Of a stretch of DNA of 27,333 nt, positions 8,594 to 16,122 are shown in pieces. Position numbers and translations under genes: made by a program. This stretch comes from Candidatus Woesearchaeota archaeon. GTDB lineage: Archaea > Nanobdellota > Nanobdellia > Woesearchaeales > ARS49. The DNA is taken from contig RFLK01000086.1 of the NCBI GenBank assembly GCA_003694525.1, positions 1 to 27,333 on the forward strand, given 5' to 3'. The notes below the pieces were generated by a model that had not been told where the DNA came from, made no database searches, and saw nothing but the letters and a program-made list of their open reading frames with translations. Positions within the stretch are counted from its first letter, which is position 1. Every line of letters starts with the position of its first letter.

Positions 8594-8860
8594 TCATAAC
8601 CCAAAGGCTTGTGTAAATTCTTTCATCTGTTTGAAGCTCTGGATGAACTTGCGTCCATCGTCTGTGAGCTCATAGTGTAGTTTCTTGTTTTTTGTTGCTT
8701 CAGCAATAAGTCCTTTGTTTTTGAGTTCTTGAAGGTATACTTTCATTCTTTGATGGGATAGGTTGGACTTGTACAACAGGTGCGTTGGCTTTATCATCCC
8801 TCCTTTGGACTCTATTGCCTTTAGCATATCGTATATGATGTCGATTTTGCTTCTTTTCAT
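8594..8860 (-). CDS. Winged-helix transcriptional regulator (archaeal ArnR1-like / HTH_45 type), 88 aa
   Basis: MKRSKIDIIYDML...KPTHLLYKSNLS...YLQEL..KGLI....HYELTDDG fits this archaeal wHTH pattern (RSxxEIxxDIL / T.i.y.anLs / Y.lT.kG). Confidence 0.85.
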   Translation of the reverse strand: MKRSKIDIIYDMLKAIESKGGMIKPTHLLYKSNLSHQRMKVYLQELKNKGLIAEATKNKKLHYELTDDGRKFIQSFKQMKEFTQAFGL

Positions 8861-8875
8861 ATTCTGTTTTGATTT

Positions 8876-9526
8876 TCACTTCATCAGTGTTTTTATCAGC
8901 GCTGCCAGCAGTGATACGAATCCCAGCATTTGCGAGAGGTGTGCTGCAACGTACCATATCTCATTGTATGGCTCAAGAAGAAATGCTGCTTGAGCTGTTG
9001 TCAGAAGGAAAAACGCCGTAAATACTAAGCAAGCGCTTGACCTGTGGCATTTTTTGTAGTTTTTCCAGTAAGCTTGAGTTATGTATGCCAGCATTATCAA
9101 GGATAGCCCGTAAAAGCTTGTATAATAGCTGGATGAGAGAAACAGTCCTGGAACAAGTATGAATCCTATAAGGGACAGCACTCTCATATCCTTTATTTTC
9201 AATGTGACGCCTATCAGAAGAAGATATGCTGTAAGCGATAGCACTATGTGAGTTATGTATCCTGTAAGGAATATCTTCGCTCCTATCTCATTTGATACTT
9301 TCAATAAAATCCCTTCAAGTATTGTGTCTGTTATCGACCTTACGAAAAATGCTGCTGAGAGTAATGCAAAGCTTGCAGTAAATGTTGCATACTTTTGTGT
9401 TTTCACAACGCGCCATAGCCTGAATGCAGCAATTGTTACCGCAAGGGTTATTATTGCTGCGAGCAGTTCCAGGCTTGCATCAACTCCTAGAAACCATTGA
9501 GGCCTGTGAAGATAAACGCTGAGCAT
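8876..9526 (-). CDS. Hypothetical 7-TM membrane protein, 216 aa (putative sensor)
   Basis: Seven hydrophobic helices with short loops and no cytoplasmic output domain. It ends 15 nt upstream of the wHTH gene. Confidence 0.8.
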   Translation of the reverse strand: MLSVYLHRPQWFLGVDASLELLAAIITLAVTIAAFRLWRVVKTQKYATFTASFALLSAAFFVRSITDTILEGILLKVSNEIGAKIFLTGYITHIVLSLTAYLLLIGVTLKIKDMRVLSLIGFILVPGLFLSSSYYTSFYGLSLIMLAYITQAYWKNYKKCHRSSACLVFTAFFLLTTAQAAFLLEPYNEIWYVAAHLSQMLGFVSLLAALIKTLMK

Positions 9527-9643
9527 TAACTATCGCTTTACGACTGTGTTTTTAAGTTTTATGAAGATAGAATCTGATTTCTGTTTCATAATCGATTAAT
9601 AAATCGCGCTCTAAAATAGTGTAGTTATGAGCCTGTAAGGCTT

Positions 9644-9651
9644 GGAGGTGA
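9644..9651 (+). promoter_or_regulatory. Strong Shine-Dalgarno sequence GGAGGTGA
   Basis: Perfect archaeal anti-SD complement, 4 nt before ATG 9656. Confidence 0.75.
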
Positions 9652-9655
9652 CATT

Positions 9656-9802
9656 ATGAAGTATGAAAACAGGAGGTATACGCAATTCAGCGAGGATCTG
9701 CGCGCCTTGCGTGCTCTACTCGATGCGGGCCTGATAGATGCCCAAGAGGCTGCTGAGATGAGGCGCTATGTTGAGTGTCTGGCTTTTACAGCGCAGACTT
9801 GA
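9656..9802 (+). CDS. 48-aa small protein with a SHOCT-like motif
   Basis: Not in the ORF track. MKYENRRYTQFSEDLRALRALLDAGLIDAQEAAEMRRYVECLAFTAQT, with a strong SD upstream and a T-tract downstream. Confidence 0.7.
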   Translation: MKYENRRYTQFSEDLRALRALLDAGLIDAQEAAEMRRYVECLAFTAQT

Positions 9803-9819
9803 TTGCAATCGAATCTATA

Positions 9820-9831
9820 TTTTTTCTTTTT
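9820..9831 (+). terminator. Putative archaeal oligo-T terminator
   Basis: TTTTTTCTTTTT begins 18 nt after the stop of the 48-aa ORF. Confidence 0.5.
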
Positions 9832-9939
9832 AGATTTCTCTATTGTTCGATTCGCTGTTGTCCGCCTCACTACTCTTTTCTTCGGTTTAACTTCTTATTT
9901 TTCTAAAAGTTTATTTATGATATGATCCACTGCAAGCCC

Positions 9940-10884
9940 ATGTTGGAAATTTTGCTGATACTTGTTGGGTTTGTCATTCTTATAAAGAGTGCAGATTGGC
10001 TTGTGGAGGGTGCAAGCTCGCTTGCAAAGCGATTTGGAATATCGGATCTTGTAATAGGTTTGACTATTGTCGCTTTTGGCACTTCGGCGCCAGAGCTTGC
10101 TGTAAACGTTTTTGCAAGCTTGAAAAGGAGCTCTGAGCTTGCAATCTCAAATGTTCTTGGAAGCAATATTGCAAACATTTTGTTGATCTTGGGAGTGTGC
10201 GCTCTGATTTCAAATCTTAAAGTTCACAAGAACACTGTTTGGAAGGAGATACCGTTGAGTCTTTTGGCAGTCATCATGGTGTTTGTTCTTGGAAATGATG
10301 CAATAATGGAAGGTGCTTCTTCTTCAGCCATTACAAGAGGGGATGGGATTGCTCTTCTTGGTTTTTTCATAATCTTCATGTATTATACATTTGGAGTTGC
10401 CAGGGTTGAAGGCAATGGTTTTGAGGTTGAGAAGATATCTGCTCTGAAGTCAATTGTTTTTGTTGCTGTTGGCTGTCTTGGACTTGCCTTTGGAGGAAAG
10501 ATTATTGTGGACTCTGCACTGGGCCTTGCAAGCCTGCTTGGCTTATCTCAGGCGCTTGTTGGCATAACAGTTCTGGCTTTTGGCACAAGTCTGCCTGAGC
10601 TTGCAGCCTCAGGAATGGCTGCCTGGAGGGGAAACACCGATATGGCAATAGGAAATGTGGTCGGATCTAATATTTTCAATGTGTTGCTTGTTCTCTCGAC
10701 AAGTGCAATCATAAATCCTATTCCTTTGGTTGATAATGTGACTTTGGGAATGGCGATTCTTGCAAGCATTCTTTTGTTTTCAATATTGTTTGTCGGAAGA
10801 AGGCATACTTTGACTAGATGGGAAGGATGCACTTTTCTTGTTCTGTATGCGATTTACATCTCGTATGCTCTTTTGCACATCTGA
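9940..10884 (+). CDS. Calcium/sodium antiporter (CaCA, YrbG family)
   Basis: Two alpha-repeats, AFGTSAPEL...GSNIANI and AFGTSLPEL...GSNIFNV, with about 10 TM helices. Start 9940 is preferred (TTTATTTA at 9910-9917); 9922 is an alternative. Confidence 0.93.
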   Translation: MLEILLILVGFVILIKSADWLVEGASSLAKRFGISDLVIGLTIVAFGTSAPELAVNVFASLKRSSELAISNVLGSNIANILLILGVCALISNLKVHKNTVWKEIPLSLLAVIMVFVLGNDAIMEGASSSAITRGDGIALLGFFIIFMYYTFGVARVEGNGFEVEKISALKSIVFVAVGCLGLAFGGKIIVDSALGLASLLGLSQALVGITVLAFGTSLPELAASGMAAWRGNTDMAIGNVVGSNIFNVLLVLSTSAIINPIPLVDNVTLGMAILASILLFSILFVGRRHTLTRWEGCTFLVLYAIYISYALLHI

Positions 10885-10938
10885 CTGATCTGATTATTAT
10901 TTTATCATTTGTTGACGGCAAATTTTGAAAGAAAAGGT

Positions 10939-12006
10939 TTAGAATAATCCAAGGACTTTTTTCTTTCCTGCTTTCTCGAACTGTTCTATTAGCTCTTTTT
11001 GTTTTTTTGTGAGTTTTTTGGGGACTTCTATGCTGATTTTTGCTATGATATCTCCTCTTCCTCTGCCTCTCAGCTTTGGAAGGCCTCTGCCGGGAAGTCT
11101 CAATTCGCTGTTGTTCTGAGTGCCTTCTGGTATTCTTATATGCTCTTTTCCTTCAAGAGTGTCTATTTCTACTTCGCCTCCAAGGCAGGCTGTTGCAAAA
11201 GGCAGCTCAAGGTCAAATCTAAGGTCTGCTCCGTCCCTCTCAAAGCGCTTGTCCTCTCTGACGTGTACTGTTATGTATAGGTCTCCTGACGGCGCGCCCA
11301 TCTCTCCTGCCTCTCCTTCTCCTGAGAGCCTTATTTTCATTCCGTCGTGTATTCCTGCAGGAATCTTGACCGATATTGTGTCTCTCTTGCTCAGGCGACC
11401 CTCTCCTGTGCAAACTTTGCAGGGATCTTTTGCAACTGTTCCTATGCTTTTGCAGGTCTTGCAGGGAGTTGTTGTTGCAAAGACTCCAAAGGGGGTTCTT
11501 CTCGTCTGTTGAACATAGCCTTGTCCTGAGCAAGTCTGGCAAGAGGAGATATTCTTCCCTCCTCTTCCTTTGCACTCATCGCATTTTGTCAACTTTCTGA
11601 TTGTTATCTCTTTTACTGAGTCTTTTGCAATATCTTCAAGGTTTACTGTTATGTCTACTGCAATGTCTCGTCCTGCGCGGGGTCCTCTGCGTTGCGAGAA
11701 GCCGAATCCTCCGAATATGTTGTCGAATATGTCTTCAAAATTGAATCCTGAGGCAAAGTCCCTGAAGTCAAATCCTGAGAATTGCTGACCTGCGCCTGCT
11801 TTTCCGAATCTGTCGTATTGTTCTCTTTTTTGGGGATCGCACAGTACTGCCGCTGCTTCGTTTATTTTCTTGAACTTCTCCTGCGCATCGGGGCTCGAGT
11901 TTAGGTCTGGGTGGTACTTTTTTGCAAGCTTTTTGTACGCTTTTTTTATCTCTTGCGCGCTTGCATCTTTGGGCACGCCCAGTATTTCATAATAGTCTTG
12001 ACTCAC
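10939..12006 (-). CDS. dnaJ: Chaperone DnaJ
   Basis: J-domain with HPD, G/F-rich linker, four CxxCxGxG-type zinc motifs (the third is CKTCKSIG) and the C-terminal domain. GTG start. Confidence 0.97.
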   Translation of the reverse strand: MSQDYYEILGVPKDASAQEIKKAYKKLAKKYHPDLNSSPDAQEKFKKINEAAAVLCDPQKREQYDRFGKAGAGQQFSGFDFRDFASGFNFEDIFDNIFGGFGFSQRRGPRAGRDIAVDITVNLEDIAKDSVKEITIRKLTKCDECKGRGGKNISSCQTCSGQGYVQQTRRTPFGVFATTTPCKTCKSIGTVAKDPCKVCTGEGRLSKRDTISVKIPAGIHDGMKIRLSGEGEAGEMGAPSGDLYITVHVREDKRFERDGADLRFDLELPFATACLGGEVEIDTLEGKEHIRIPEGTQNNSELRLPGRGLPKLRGRGRGDIIAKISIEVPKKLTKKQKELIEQFEKAGKKKVLGLF

Positions 12007-12179
12007 TCAAACCGACCTCTCACCTTGTGCTCATCGCTCTCAAGAATTCTTTTTATTTCTTGTTCTGCTGATTTTATCATCTCGCGAGCTCTTCTTGCTT
12101 GTTTGTAGGTGTAGAGGATTGCAAGAAGTCCTGCAATTCCTGCAACACCTGCAAGGGCTGAGCTTGTCGATGCAATCAT
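12003..12179 (-). CDS. 58-aa single-TM microprotein between dnaK and dnaJ
   Basis: Not in the ORF track. [58 protein letters not shown]. Its ATG overlaps the dnaK stop (ATGA) and its TGA overlaps the dnaJ GTG (GTGA). Confidence 0.8.
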   Translation of the reverse strand: MIASTSSALAGVAGIAGLLAILYTYKQARRAREMIKSAEQEIKRILESDEHKVRGRFE

Positions 12180-14026
12180 GCCTTCTCGCCTTCTATTGTC
12201 TCATCGCTCCCTGTAGCCTTTGAGTTTTCACGCTTCTCTTGGCTCTCTTGAGATTTTCCAGCGCTTGCAGCGCTCGCGTACATTTTCTGCGCTGCTGCGT
12301 GAAGAATCTTTTCGCATTCTGCAAGCTTTTCTTTTATTTTTGCAAAGTCCTTTTTCTCTTCTGCAAGGAGTTTTTTGAGCTCGTCTCTTTTGGTTTTTAT
12401 CTCTTCAAGCTGGCTCTCATCTACTTTGCCTTTAAACTCTTCAAGTTGTTTGTCGAGTGTGTAGACAAGAGTGTCTGCTTGGTTTATGGTCTCTATCTCT
12501 TCCTTGCGTTTTTTGTCGGCCTCTGCGTTTTGTTCTGCTTCCTTTCTCATTCTCTCAACTTCTTCTTCAGAGAGCTTGTTTGGAGCAGTTATCTGTATGC
12601 TTTGTTCCTTGTTGGTTCCAAGGTCCTTTGCTTTAACTTTAAGGATTCCATTCGCATCTATATCGAATGTAACTTCTATTTGAGGCACTCCTCTGGGCGC
12701 TGGAGGTATTCCGACAAGGTCAAACTGGCCGAGGATCTTGTTGTCTGCAAACATTGCTCTCTCTCCTTGGGCAACTCTTATCGTTACGGCTGGCTGGTTG
12801 TCCGCTGCCGTGCTGAATACCTTGCTTTGTTTTACTGGAATTGTTGTGTTTCTCTCTATGACTTTTGTAAAGACTCCGCCGAGAGTCTCTATGCCTAAAG
12901 AGAGTGGAGTGACGTCAAGCAACAGGACATCCTTTATTTCTCCTGCAAGAACGCCTCCTTGTATTGCAGCGCCTGATGCTACGCATTCCATCGGATCTAT
13001 TGATCTTTCGACTTTCTTTCCGACCCACGTCTCAACGCTTTTTTGAACTATTGGCATTCTTGTAGGCCCGCCTACCAGTATGACTTTGTCTATGTCATTT
13101 ATGCTCAATTTGGCGTCTGCTATTGCCTGGTCTATGCTCTTTCTGCACCTTTGCACTATGGGGTCGACGATCTCTTCAAGCTTTGCCCTTGTCAGGGGTA
13201 TGTGCAGGTTTACAGGGCCTTCCGGAGTGGATGCTATGAACGGAAGGTTGATCTCTGTTTCAAATACTGTTGAAAGCTCTATTTTTGCTTTTTCTGCAGC
13301 TTCGCGAAGCCTCTGCATTGCAGTGTTGTCTTCGTTAAGGTCTATTCCGCTCTCTTTCTTGAAGGTTTCAACAAGGTAGTTTATTAGAGCGTTGTCCATA
13401 TCAGTGCCTCCAAGTTCTGTATCTCCGCTTGTCGAGACCACTTCAAACACTCCTTCTGAGAAGTCCATTATTGTTACATCAAGTGTTCCGCCTCCAAGGT
13501 CAAAGACTAATATTTTCTGTTCCTTGTCTGACTTGTCAAGTCCGTAGGCAAGCGCTGCTGCTGTCGGCTCGTTGATTATTCTGACAACCTCAAGCCCTGC
13601 GATTGTTCCTGCGTCTTTTGTCGCTTGTCTTTGGTTGTCATCAAAATATGCCGGCACTGTTATGACTGCTTTGTTTATTTTTTCTCCAAGAAACGCTTCA
13701 GCGTCCGCTTTTATTTTCTGTAGTATGAATGCGCTTATCTGTTGTGGTGTGTATTCTTTTCCGTTTATCTTGTATTTGAAGTTTGTTCCCATCTTTCGCT
13801 TTGCAGCGTAGACTGTGCCTTCCGGGTTTGAGACTGCTTGTCTTTTTGCAGGCTCACCAACAAGCACTCTGCCGTCTTTTGTAAATGCAACATAGGACGG
13901 GAATGCTTTTCCGTAAAGTGATGCTCCTTCTGCAGAGGGTATGATTTTTGGTCGTCCTGCTTCAAGAACGCTTGCTGCGCTGTTGCTGGTTCCAAGGTCT
14001 ATTCCGATGATTTTTTCTTTTGCCAT
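12176..14026 (-). CDS. dnaK: Chaperone DnaK (Hsp70)
   Basis: [59 protein letters not shown] and [14 protein letters not shown]. It lacks the roughly 23-aa N-terminal insert of proteobacterial DnaK. Confidence 0.99.
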   Translation of the reverse strand: MAKEKIIGIDLGTSNSAASVLEAGRPKIIPSAEGASLYGKAFPSYVAFTKDGRVLVGEPAKRQAVSNPEGTVYAAKRKMGTNFKYKINGKEYTPQQISAFILQKIKADAEAFLGEKINKAVITVPAYFDDNQRQATKDAGTIAGLEVVRIINEPTAAALAYGLDKSDKEQKILVFDLGGGTLDVTIMDFSEGVFEVVSTSGDTELGGTDMDNALINYLVETFKKESGIDLNEDNTAMQRLREAAEKAKIELSTVFETEINLPFIASTPEGPVNLHIPLTRAKLEEIVDPIVQRCRKSIDQAIADAKLSINDIDKVILVGGPTRMPIVQKSVETWVGKKVERSIDPMECVASGAAIQGGVLAGEIKDVLLLDVTPLSLGIETLGGVFTKVIERNTTIPVKQSKVFSTAADNQPAVTIRVAQGERAMFADNKILGQFDLVGIPPAPRGVPQIEVTFDIDANGILKVKAKDLGTNKEQSIQITAPNKLSEEEVERMRKEAEQNAEADKKRKEEIETINQADTLVYTLDKQLEEFKGKVDESQLEEIKTKRDELKKLLAEEKKDFAKIKEKLAECEKILHAAAQKMYASAASAGKSQESQEKRENSKATGSDETIEGEKA

Positions 14027-14622
14027 TATTCCTTATCCTCCGTATTTTCTTCTTTCTGTTTTTTTGTTTGTTCTTCCTGCTTTTTTGGTTTCTTTTTCTT
14101 TGCTATAATGACTTTTGAGTATCTGATAACCCTTCCATTCATAGTGTAGCCTCGCTGTATTTCTTCTATTATTGTGTCTTCGGGTTCATCGCTCTCTTTT
14201 GATAGTATGACTTCGTGTTTGAATGGGTCGAACACTTGTCCTATTGCTTGTATTGGTTCTACCCTCTCTTCTGATAGTATTTTTTTGATGTTCTTGTGAA
14301 TCATCTCGATGCCTGAGCGCGCAGCTGGGGGAAGGGGTTGGTTGAGTGCGCGCTCAAGGTCATCGTAGATGTTTATCAGCTTGAGTAGTATTCGCTCTGA
14401 CGCTCTGCTTGCAAATTCTGAGCGTTCGCGTTCTGTTCTTTTTGCAAAGTTCTGGTATTCTGCGTGAATTCTTTGCAATTGTTCTTTGTATTCTTCGGCT
14501 TGCGTTTTGTGTTCTGCAAGGTCTGATTCAAGCTTTGCGATTCTTGCTTTGAGGTCTTCACTCTCGCAGTCGGGCTGTTTTGTCGAGTCCATTCCTGCTT
14601 GAGTTTTATTATTGGTTTTCAC
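14026..14622 (-). CDS. grpE: Nucleotide exchange factor GrpE
   Basis: [13 protein letters not shown] coiled coil, FDPFKHEVI and [19 protein letters not shown], with a K/E-rich tail. The stop overlaps the dnaK ATG (TAATG). Start is uncertain: GTG 14622 has a GGGGTGA SD; 14634 and 14592 are alternatives. Confidence 0.95.
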   Translation of the reverse strand: MKTNNKTQAGMDSTKQPDCESEDLKARIAKLESDLAEHKTQAEEYKEQLQRIHAEYQNFAKRTERERSEFASRASERILLKLINIYDDLERALNQPLPPAARSGIEMIHKNIKKILSEERVEPIQAIGQVFDPFKHEVILSKESDEPEDTIIEEIQRGYTMNGRVIRYSKVIIAKKKKPKKQEEQTKKQKEENTEDKE

Positions 14623-14644
14623 TTGCAAAATCACCCCACATTTA

Positions 14645-14661
14645 GTAGACTTTAAGTCTAC
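14645..14661. promoter_or_regulatory. Perfect 8-1-8 inverted repeat GTAGACTT-T-AAGTCTAC, candidate operator of grpE-dnaK-dnaJ
   Basis: Seen directly. It begins about 25 nt downstream of the grpE TATA box, at the expected transcription start. Confidence 0.65.
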
Positions 14662-14685
14662 AAGGTAGTCTTGGAAAGCTACAAG

Positions 14686-14702
14686 TATTTAAATATTTCG
14701 CT
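14686..14702 (-). promoter_or_regulatory. BRE + TATA promoter of grpE-dnaK-orf58-dnaJ
   Basis: Minus strand reads AGCGAAATA-TTTAAATA. Confidence 0.75.
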
Positions 14703-14708
14703 TAAAAT

Positions 14709-14723
14709 AGAAAGGTTTAAATA
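14709..14723 (+). promoter_or_regulatory. BRE + TATA promoter of the DUF3467-wHTH-HD operon
   Basis: AGAAAGG-TTTAAATA, 31 nt upstream of ATG 14755. SD AAGGTGA at 14745-14751. Confidence 0.7.
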
Positions 14724-14754
14724 CTGCTTGCAACCAATTCTGTTAAGGTGACAT

Positions 14755-15105
14755 ATGGCTCAAGTAAACATGAATATAATCGAAGGAGAACCCTTCTTTG
14801 CTCACGAGGCAAGCATCAATTTCACGCCAACGCAAGTTTCTTTGGATTTTAAGTGCATAACGCCCCGCACAGATCCGAGATCTCAAAAGCCTTCTTTTCA
14901 GCTAAAGCACAACGTTGTAATGATTGACCCTTGGCACGCAAAAGAACTCATAGGTGTTTTAAGAGAGGCTGTTAAGAAGTACGAGGAAGAGTTTGGATCA
15001 ATCAAAAAGCCGAAGGCAGTTTTGAAGGCAGAAGAAAAGCAACGCGCTCTTGCCCAGCAGGCAGGAGATAGCAAGACTGCAAAATACCCCACTTATACAG
15101 GATGA
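14755..15105 (+). CDS. DUF3467-like protein, 116 aa
   Basis: FFAHEASINFTPTQVSLDF...VMIDPWHAKELIGVLREAVKKYEEEFGSI matches the DUF3467 pattern (mxPxhAKxL..L...i..YE..fGxI) by recognition. SD present. Confidence 0.75.
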   Translation: MAQVNMNIIEGEPFFAHEASINFTPTQVSLDFKCITPRTDPRSQKPSFQLKHNVVMIDPWHAKELIGVLREAVKKYEEEFGSIKKPKAVLKAEEKQRALAQQAGDSKTAKYPTYTG

Positions 15106-15500
15106 TCAGAAAAATAACCATTTGCAGTGTGAACAGGCCCCCGAGGTGTTCTGTAAATGATGAGCTCCAATGGCTTGCAAACGCTTTGGGGTTGTTTGGA
15201 GAGCGCGATCGTAATCGCTCGCGCTTTCGCATATTCGTTGAGTTGATAAAAACATCACGCACAAAGAGCGGTTTGACAAGCGACGAGCTTGCCCACCGTC
15301 TCTCGCTAACACGTCCCACTGTTGTTCATCACTTGAACGGGCTTCTTGAGCAGGGTCTCATAATTCACAGGTCAAACCGTTATGAGATGCGCGCTCAAAG
15401 GCTGCAGGAGTTGATAGAAGATCTGCGAAAGGATATGGAGCGCGCATTGGATGAGGTTAAGCAATCTGCAAGAGAGCTTGACAAGGTGCTTGGATTATGA
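15102..15500 (+). CDS. Winged-helix regulator (ArsR/TrmB-like) with a C-terminal coiled coil, 132 aa
   Basis: LTSDELAHRLSLTRPTVVHHLNGLLEQGLI HTH, followed by the heptad-rich LQELIEDLRKDMERALDEVKQSARELD. ATGA overlaps on both sides. Confidence 0.87.
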   Translation: MIRKITICSVNRPPRCSVNDELQWLANALGLFGERDRNRSRFRIFVELIKTSRTKSGLTSDELAHRLSLTRPTVVHHLNGLLEQGLIIHRSNRYEMRAQRLQELIEDLRKDMERALDEVKQSARELDKVLGL

Positions 15501-16069
15501 CTGAGGTAATTGAAGAGGGCGAATTCAAGAGCGAAAGGGTTCAACAGGCTCTCAGGATCGCGCAAGAGGCGCATGCTGGCCAATTCAGGCGTGATGGCAA
15601 AACTCCGTATATTGAGCATCCAAAGGCGGTTGGCAGAATTTTGGAGATGTCAGGATGCGATGAGGATACCATAATTGCAGGCCTGCTTCACGATACAATT
15701 GAAGATACCGATTTGACGCTCGAGCAAGTGAAAGATGTTTTTGGAGAGCGCGTTGCGCTTCTTGTTGACAGCGTCTCAGAGCCTCCTCAAAGCACCCATT
15801 CTTGGAAGGAGCGAAAAGAGCATACTCTAAGGACGTTGAAGGTTGCGCCCAAGAGTGCTGTTATGGTTGTTGCAGCAGATAAGGCCCATAATTTGCGCTC
15901 TTTGAGGACTGCTTTGGATTCTGTTGGTGAATCAATGTGGATGCGTTTTCACGGCTCAAAAGATCTCCAGAAGTGGTATTATGAAGAGATGGCAAAAGTT
16001 ATTGAGATGAGGCTAGGGCAATCTCCCATAATCGATGAAATTAAGGAACACATCAAGCACTTGTTCTAA
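15497..16069 (+). CDS. Stand-alone HD-domain protein of the RelA/SpoT hydrolase (SAH / Mesh1-like) family, 190 aa
   Basis: AHAGQFRRDGKTPYIEHP, GLLHDTIEDT and AADKAHNLRSL. No synthetase domain. Confidence 0.88.
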   Translation: MTEVIEEGEFKSERVQQALRIAQEAHAGQFRRDGKTPYIEHPKAVGRILEMSGCDEDTIIAGLLHDTIEDTDLTLEQVKDVFGERVALLVDSVSEPPQSTHSWKERKEHTLRTLKVAPKSAVMVVAADKAHNLRSLRTALDSVGESMWMRFHGSKDLQKWYYEEMAKVIEMRLGQSPIIDEIKEHIKHLF

Positions 16070-16122
16070 GCTTTGGCCTTGGGCTCTCTCAACACGCAAT
16101 CGATCGCGCATCTGACGTTTGT

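Noticed and set aside
8876-9526. Possible microbial rhodopsin or heliorhodopsin
   Set aside because: Helix 7 (HLSQMLGFVSLLAAL) has no Schiff-base Lys or DxxxK/SxxxK motif.
11440-11466. Third DnaJ zinc motif reads CKTCKSIG rather than CxxCxGxG
   Set aside because: Both Cys ligands are kept, and single Gly substitutions are common in DnaJ, so this is not evidence of altered function.
14635-14754. CIRCE or HAIR element, or an hrcA gene, at the dnaK operon
   Set aside because: Neither consensus is present and no HrcA-like ORF is in the window. The palindrome found is a different sequence.
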